Shown one piece after another: positions 58,401 through 64,000 of a DNA stretch of 64,000 nt; the first letter of the stretch is position 1, and each line of letters begins with the position of its first letter. The stretch comes from an uncultured virus (IMG/VR IMGVR_UViG_3300042261_000615) (taxonomy: Duplodnaviria; Heunggongvirae; Uroviricota; Caudoviricetes). Position numbers and translations under genes: made by a program. The notes under the pieces are model-generated. The model was given only the letters and a program-made list of their open reading frames with translations, ran no database searches and was not told where the DNA came from. The stretch is from the IMG/VR virus record IMGVR_UViG_3300042261_000615. One strand, written 5' to 3'.

Positions 58401-58900
58401 TATTTATTAAATCTTTTTACTAATTGTGAATAATCCCTATTCATTGCATTTAATACAACTTCCGCATTTGGATTTTGTATATCCAAAGGTCTGCCATCAG
58501 GGCTGGTTGTTGTTACATTCATCATATCACCATATCCAAATTTAGAGGCGATTATTTGTCGACCGGCAACAGATTGCATATCGGATGAACCAAAGTTCAT
58601 AGTACGGAAATCAGAATCTCCCATATCACCGGCGATACCTCCCGCAGTCTCATTCAAAACATCATTTAATAATGGGTTGCTGGAATATCTTTTTTTAACT
58701 TTTGGTTTAGATTCGGTTATTGTGGCATCATCTTCTAAAATAGCCTTTGCCATTGATAATGGTGATTTTTGAACATTTTTTGAAATTTTCATTTCAGCCA
58801 TAATCTCCTTTCTAACAGATGCTTTAATAGCAGGAAGTTGTTTTTTAACCTCTTCTTCTACAAGAATTTGTATAGCTTTTAACAATTTATTGGTATCCAT
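58400..58900 (-). CDS. Hypothetical protein
   Basis: LLKAIQILVEEEV leader; LNDVLNETA; AMNRDYSQLVK; promoter motif at 58926-58934. Confidence 0.55.
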   Translation of the reverse strand: MDTNKLLKAIQILVEEEVKKQLPAIKASVRKEIMAEMKISKNVQKSPLSMAKAILEDDATITESKPKVKKRYSSNPLLNDVLNETAGGIAGDMGDSDFRTMNFGSSDMQSVAGRQIIASKFGYGDMMNVTTTSPDGRPLDIQNPNAEVVLNAMNRDYSQLVKRFNK

Positions 58901-58952
58901 ATTGTTTTTATGTTGTCTATTATTATATAAATATCTAAATGTTTAGTTTTTA

Positions 58953-60371
58953 TTACAAAGCATCAACCATTTTAGCATATTCATCTACTATAGATATTAT
59001 TTTAGAGAAAAATTGTGATGTTGTATTTCTACTCAAAGTGCGGCCGGCGACCATATTTGTTATTAACAAATTAGCGTCTAATTGATTTGTAGGATTCCGG
59101 TCTGTCATATTCAACCCTCTATTGATATACCACGCCGACGCATCGACTGATATATCAATATTCCGGCTAAGTATATCAGGATCTGATATTATTTGCAATG
59201 TACCAAGTTTACCACGTTTCGCATAAGATGTATAATTTGCGACACCAGTGATTTGTATCATTCCCCGACCCCGATATTTATACCCACCCACATCAGAATA
59301 CATAAAATTCCCCATACTCTCCGGAGTTTGTTTAATTCTATCTATTTGGGTATCGGATAATCCCTTAGTTTTTGTTGCGAATATGCTACGGATTCTGTCA
59401 TTTGAAGTGTTTGAATAATTCAGTTGTTCGGTAGTATTCATAGCACGAGTCTCTTTTAACGATACAGCCTTTACTGCTGTTATAATATACTCATTCGTTA
59501 TACCATATCTTTTTAGAGCAGCTTCCAACTTATCCAAGTTACGTTTAACATCAGCGCTTATATACTTAACACTGGTTGTGTATGATGTATCATTAAATTC
59601 GGCTATAGTATTTAACAATATACTCTTATCGGATAATAACTTATATTGATAGTTTGCACTTTCGATTAACAATTCCTCCTCACTTTTTTCAATATCATCA
59701 TTTTGCAACACTTCGGTTGTATTTTCAATATTATTCTTATATATTTTCGCAGAAGATTCAACATCAGCTGATGTATGGGGGATATCATCAGATTGTATAC
59801 CAATATTAGCGATTGGTGCAGTTATAGTATATCCGGTCCAATCTATTATACCAGGAGCCGGCTGACCTGCGGGTGGATATACTGATGTTGTGGTTATAAC
59901 ACCCGAAACCGTCAATAAGTGGGTTTGTGCGGTTGTTATAAAATAACCGATAATCAAATTAATATCCAAATTAGGAGATACGATATTTGTGGATTGCCAT
60001 TGACCGGCGTTCGTTACAATATTGGATACGACTGATATATTAGATGTCGAACCGGGAGCTGGTAACAATGGTATCGGAATGGTGTTCATTATAGCACCAC
60101 CCCAATACGCCATAACACCTTTACCAAGTTCACCAACCAAATCATATTCGGATGTATACGATGTACCACCATCTAATGCAACCTTAAATAATTGTTTTAG
60201 TATATCAACATTACCATTTTTCAGTGATATACTATGTATAGTATCATGCCCACGCTTAACCGCCGCATCATATTCTACCGCCAAAAGGTTAGCAATCTGT
60301 TCCGTACTATTTACATTCTTAGTATCGGACATCACACGCAATACATTATCTTTGAATATTTGCCAAGACAT
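58953..60371 (-). CDS. Virion-associated protein with a C-terminal GH19 (lysozyme/chitinase) domain
   Basis: KET....EQLNYS, GYKYRGRGMIQITGVANY, DPDIL and SAWY motifs. Confidence 0.8.
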   Translation of the reverse strand: MSWQIFKDNVLRVMSDTKNVNSTEQIANLLAVEYDAAVKRGHDTIHSISLKNGNVDILKQLFKVALDGGTSYTSEYDLVGELGKGVMAYWGGAIMNTIPIPLLPAPGSTSNISVVSNIVTNAGQWQSTNIVSPNLDINLIIGYFITTAQTHLLTVSGVITTTSVYPPAGQPAPGIIDWTGYTITAPIANIGIQSDDIPHTSADVESSAKIYKNNIENTTEVLQNDDIEKSEEELLIESANYQYKLLSDKSILLNTIAEFNDTSYTTSVKYISADVKRNLDKLEAALKRYGITNEYIITAVKAVSLKETRAMNTTEQLNYSNTSNDRIRSIFATKTKGLSDTQIDRIKQTPESMGNFMYSDVGGYKYRGRGMIQITGVANYTSYAKRGKLGTLQIISDPDILSRNIDISVDASAWYINRGLNMTDRNPTNQLDANLLITNMVAGRTLSRNTTSQFFSKIISIVDEYAKMVDAL

Positions 60372-61588
60372 TATGATGTTTTATTTAATGTGCTCTTAAT
60401 CTCTTTAAGACGTGATTTTATATCTGAAAATGTCTGTCTGTTTTCAGGCCCCTCCGCTGTTGGTCCGGATGGTGTTTTGAATATTTGTTTATTTATAGCA
60501 TCTATTAATTCACCTAATAACTTCTCAAGGGTATCACCTTTGACTATTGGTTCTAATTTACTCTCATCAGTATCACCTAAATTTATATGACCAGTTCCAC
60601 TTGAAATATTTACGTTTTTATCATTCGTTGTAATAGTGATAGTATCATTCACAATACCATTTATACCACCGCCATTTTGAAAATACAGCCCACCATCAGA
60701 TCTAAAACCATAATCGCCCTTTGAAAAAAACATGAGTTCTGCTGTTTTAGCAGACATTATTATTCGTCCGGAGTTTATAAGAGTTTGGTTGTGCCCCTCC
60801 AACTTTTTCAATTGTTCTTTGAAATAATCGGAATCCTTTTGAATATCAGTTATAAACTCCGATTTCACTTCAGGTGATGTCAATGCTATAATACCCCCAT
60901 CAGTATTTACATTTTCAACAGATGGAACTGCCAATGTATCATATCCTCTTGATTCAGCATTTTCACCATTACGTAAAATGAGTGATGGTGAAAACTTATT
61001 GTCTGAGTTGTTGTAAGCAGACATACGTATTGACTGGCCAAACCTAGATTCAAACAATATATCCCCCTCAAATAATTTAAGTTTGTGAATATCTGTAGTT
61101 GCTTGAAAGTGTTCACCATACCCATCAAACTCATCATCAGAGTTTTGGGATCTAGCTATTCCAGTTGATGATGTTTTTTTATACGTATCAGAATCACGCT
61201 GAGTATTCGAACTTTTACCACTAATAGTATCGCTTATAGTGGTATCTGATGAATTCACATTTGGTGTTATATCAAATGAGTTTCGTTTATAATAGTATAA
61301 ATTGGTTTCGGATTGAATAATCTCCACATATTCGTTTCTCAATGGTAGAGATTTGTAATTTTTGTCATACGGATAGGCTAGAAAACATTTACCTTTATCC
61401 GTATTCGGTTTATTAAAAAACTGAAATTGGATACATCCTATGTATTGTACAGGGGCATCCGTACCCTCAGCTATTGGATGGGTTTCATCCAATATAACAT
61501 CATATACAATCCCAACATGATCAATTTGTTTCTTATTTAATGTTTGGGTTTTTTGTACCTGTACTAATTGAGCATTTTGAAGTGCCAT
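60371..61588 (-). CDS. Baseplate hub/central spike protein (gp5/gpV-like)
   Basis: OB-fold-like LPLRNEYV; EGDILFESRFGQSIR; INSGRI beta-helix region; EPIVKGDTL..TPSGP. Confidence 0.65.
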   Translation of the reverse strand: MALQNAQLVQVQKTQTLNKKQIDHVGIVYDVILDETHPIAEGTDAPVQYIGCIQFQFFNKPNTDKGKCFLAYPYDKNYKSLPLRNEYVEIIQSETNLYYYKRNSFDITPNVNSSDTTISDTISGKSSNTQRDSDTYKKTSSTGIARSQNSDDEFDGYGEHFQATTDIHKLKLFEGDILFESRFGQSIRMSAYNNSDNKFSPSLILRNGENAESRGYDTLAVPSVENVNTDGGIIALTSPEVKSEFITDIQKDSDYFKEQLKKLEGHNQTLINSGRIIMSAKTAELMFFSKGDYGFRSDGGLYFQNGGGINGIVNDTITITTNDKNVNISSGTGHINLGDTDESKLEPIVKGDTLEKLLGELIDAINKQIFKTPSGPTAEGPENRQTFSDIKSRLKEIKSTLNKTS

Positions 61589-61590
61589 AG

Positions 61591-61992
61591 TTATTTGATG
61601 ATATTATGCAGTTCTTCTAATTCATTTTGGAGTTCATCAACTTCATCCGATGTGATATCGGAAGATTTTATATCTTGAAAATCCTTTAACAATTGTTCCT
61701 TCTCAGCGGCTGATAGAAATCCATCCTGCCCTTCACTTTTATTATCAGCCATCATTATCTTTTGTGCAATCTGAGCCAATTTAAGTAATTGTTCATCATT
61801 ACGAACTGATGTTTCCAATAATCCGGATAAAACCGGTCCAACCGATGGCATATCATGCGGTGTTTTAACCAATGCCCGTATGTCGTTTATCAATTCGCTT
61901 ATACGTTTCTTTTTTTGGTTCTGATTTACATAAATATCTTGAAACAACGAACTCAACGATTTCCCCTTAAATAACTCAAAATCATTTTTCAT
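61591..61992 (-). CDS. Helical hypothetical protein
   Basis: FKGKSLSSLFQDIY..VRNDEQLLKLA. Confidence 0.55.
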   Translation of the reverse strand: MKNDFELFKGKSLSSLFQDIYVNQNQKKKRISELINDIRALVKTPHDMPSVGPVLSGLLETSVRNDEQLLKLAQIAQKIMMADNKSEGQDGFLSAAEKEQLLKDFQDIKSSDITSDEVDELQNELEELHNIIK

Positions 61993-61994
61993 AC

Positions 61995-62627
61995 TTATTT
62001 TCTAAATTTTAGTTTCCAATATACACCTGCCCCAATATAAGGAGTTACCCCATTACCAGTATTAGAAATACCCAATGTAGTCTGATATATTACATCATTT
62101 TTTGTTTTTAATATAAGGCCGGCTCCGACCGAATTGAACAGATTCACCTTATCAACACTACCATTTATACCATAATATAATTGTGTTTTGGGTTTTACAG
62201 GTATCTTTATTGTAATAGTATTTTCAACTTTATTTACTTTATACGACCATTTCCGATTCAAAATATTGTTTTTCTGTAACGTATCCAACACAGATGCATA
62301 TCCTAAGTTTTCATCAAAATATACAGTATCCTTATACACATTCTTTGCAAAAAAATCTCTCAAAATAAGTGCAGTATCAACCGGCACATCTTTGGGAATT
62401 TCCACATAAATGGTAGTATCCTTCAATATATCCTTTCCTTTTTTATATATAACACTGTCAATCGTTATGGTATCACTTACCATAGTTGTATCGGCTGTCA
62501 TAGGGATTTGATTATCATTAAGATTGGATATATGTCGTTGTTGTAATAGTAATATCACTATTAGTACCAAAATTATGATATTTGGCAGTTTCAATAATTT
62601 GTTTGTAAAATTGTTAGTTGCTTTCAT
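61995..62627 (-). CDS. Membrane-anchored envelope protein (possibly spanin-like)
   Basis: N-terminal TM; many D-T/S-hydrophobic motifs; C-terminal amphipathic beta strands ending YIGAGVYWKL; start placed at 62627, 19 nt from the promoter motif. Confidence 0.55.
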   Translation of the reverse strand: MKATNNFTNKLLKLPNIIILVLIVILLLQQRHISNLNDNQIPMTADTTMVSDTITIDSVIYKKGKDILKDTTIYVEIPKDVPVDTALILRDFFAKNVYKDTVYFDENLGYASVLDTLQKNNILNRKWSYKVNKVENTITIKIPVKPKTQLYYGINGSVDKVNLFNSVGAGLILKTKNDVIYQTTLGISNTGNGVTPYIGAGVYWKLKFRK

Positions 62628-62735
62628 ATTTATTAAAGTTATATATATAAATATATTTTTTTTAAGTTTAAGACATAAAAAAAGGATATCCAATATATAA
62701 ATATCAAATATCCCTTTTTATGAAAAGATGAAACA

Positions 62736-63470
62736 TCAGTCATCATCACCAACAAATGGACTCTGCCAAAACGTAGTATCATTCATATCAACAAACCCCT
62801 CATCCAAATATTGATTCAATATACGCGTTTGGTGTTTTTTCATTTCATTCACCACCTTTGTAATATAATGAGTTTTACAATCAGTCATTTCACGTATGAG
62901 TAGATATAAATGTTTCTTATTATAATTCTCTATATATTTGCTTCGTCTGAACAATTCAAGAACCGCATCTGCTATTTGTATATCACGTTTTTTTATGAAA
63001 ACATTTGTAAGATTCCGGTCCCAATACTCCAGCATCAATTGAGTAAATTCTTCATACTCATCAGATATTTGATTTTCATAAAAATCATCCTCCGGATTCC
63101 AATTCTCTGGCATTTCAGACATCAGTGATGTCTGTTTGAAACGTTTATAGTTTCCAGTATTTTTAAGTATTAAATGATTTTTAGCTATTATACTGAAGTA
63201 TGAGAATGATTTACCCTTTCCAGCTTCATACATATGAATTTTTTCCAACAAAATCGATACAACTTCGTTTTGCATATCCTGTTTAGAAATATCTATATAT
63301 GGAAATTTGAATGTATTTATCATATATTCAGATAACTTCTCAAATGGATACTTTATTCGTTGTGTGTATATTTTATTTTTTATTGAAAAATCATCCGTTG
63401 AATTGTATTCAATAATAGCAGTTTCAGTCGCATCAGTCCAATATATATCTTTCTTTCTCTTACGCGGCAT
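62736..63470 (-). CDS. Late-transcription sigma factor (T4 gp55-like)
   Basis: YWTDATETAIIEYN..DMQNE..YEAGKGKSFSYFSIIAKN matches sigma region 2 as in gp55. Confidence 0.75.
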   Translation of the reverse strand: MPRKRKKDIYWTDATETAIIEYNSTDDFSIKNKIYTQRIKYPFEKLSEYMINTFKFPYIDISKQDMQNEVVSILLEKIHMYEAGKGKSFSYFSIIAKNHLILKNTGNYKRFKQTSLMSEMPENWNPEDDFYENQISDEYEEFTQLMLEYWDRNLTNVFIKKRDIQIADAVLELFRRSKYIENYNKKHLYLLIREMTDCKTHYITKVVNEMKKHQTRILNQYLDEGFVDMNDTTFWQSPFVGDDD

Positions 63471-63471
63471 A

Positions 63472-63747
63472 TTAAAGTTCTGAGTTATATTGTTCTATCA
63501 TAATTTTAAGTTGTGTAAATACTGCACCGACTTCATCATCAGATTCAAACGAACCACGTATATCAACTTCACGCATCATATTCAAAAGTTCTTGCGATTT
63601 TTCTTTATTGTATTCAATTTCATCTGTTAACTCTTGCATTTGTTTGGCCATAATGTCATTTTGATTGACTTTGCGCAATCCGGCTATTACCAATAGTACA
63701 TTCAAAAGTACTGATAGTACCAATAATGTTGTTATTAAAATATCCAT
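63472..63747 (-). CDS. Small membrane-anchored coiled-coil protein
   Basis: N-terminal TM; GSFESDDEVG motif. Confidence 0.6.
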   Translation of the reverse strand: MDILITTLLVLSVLLNVLLVIAGLRKVNQNDIMAKQMQELTDEIEYNKEKSQELLNMMREVDIRGSFESDDEVGAVFTQLKIMIEQYNSEL

Positions 63748-63757
63748 ATTTATATTG

Positions 63758-63997
63758 TTAGTAAGAACCGCTTGTATACATATTTACAATATGCCGAATA
63801 CGTAAATCGGCATATGATATATATTCATTTATAGGAAATTCCCGTTCAATAGAATTTGGTCCGTATCCCATAGCCGAAGCCATACGTTTACAAACTATCT
63901 TGAATTCTGATATATCCAAATCATTTGGAATTGTCAATTGAATAACCGATGCCTCACGATTATCGCAATCATCTGCATAATATACTAACCTACCCAT
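63758..63997 (-). CDS. Hypothetical protein (may be cut by the window edge)
   Basis: EFKIVCKRMASAMGY; start lies 3 nt from the window end. Confidence 0.5.
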   Translation of the reverse strand: MGRLVYYADDCDNREASVIQLTIPNDLDISEFKIVCKRMASAMGYGPNSIEREFPINEYISYADLRIRHIVNMYTSGSY

Positions 63998-64000
63998 ACA

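Noticed and set aside
819..63128. Numerous plus-strand ORFs in the track (for example 819-1241, 2670-3074, 19104-19574)
   Set aside because: They are antisense shadows of well-supported minus-strand genes and have no recognisable motifs; only 37014-37202 is kept
1..64000. Genome-wide stop codon reassignment (TAG or TGA)
   Set aside because: ORFs up to 3365 aa are open in the standard code and TGA ends several genes in ATGA overlaps; only one in-frame TAG was seen
1..64000. tRNA or rRNA genes
   Set aside because: Intergenic gaps are short and no cloverleaf or T-loop signature was recognised by eye

Overview
This 64-kb window is an AT-rich piece of a large T4-like (myovirus) phage genome, probably from a Bacteroidota-infecting phage. 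Almost all genes lie on the minus strand. It holds the head module (major capsid, scaffold, prohead protease, portal, terminase), a ~2000-aa multi-enzyme protein, two GT25 glycosyltransferases, a 3365-aa fibre protein, an SbcD/SbcC (gp47/gp46-like) nuclease, a primase, baseplate and tail genes, a GH19 lysin and a gp55-like late sigma factor. Five things stand out. (1) Two essential genes, terminase and sbcCD, are each broken by an atypically split intein with a very short N-fragment (33 and 29 aa), and a free-standing endonuclease gene sits between the halves; sbcD also has a cis LAGLIDADG intein. (2) At least 8 unrelated ORFs share an N-terminal MKKSELRxIIREE leader that resembles a capsid-targeting signal. 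(3) A late-promoter-driven polyprotein-like ORF joins a HIGH nucleotidyltransferase, a CCA-adding-type enzyme and a KxDG ligase-like domain through Glu-ending linkers, and may be a virion-delivered tRNA/RNA repair kit. (4) A recurrent promoter-like motif, ATATTTATA, is the reverse complement of the T4 late promoter. (5) The only TAG stop among the called genes interrupts a GIY-YIG gene in frame. All calls come from reading motifs by eye; no database search was run.
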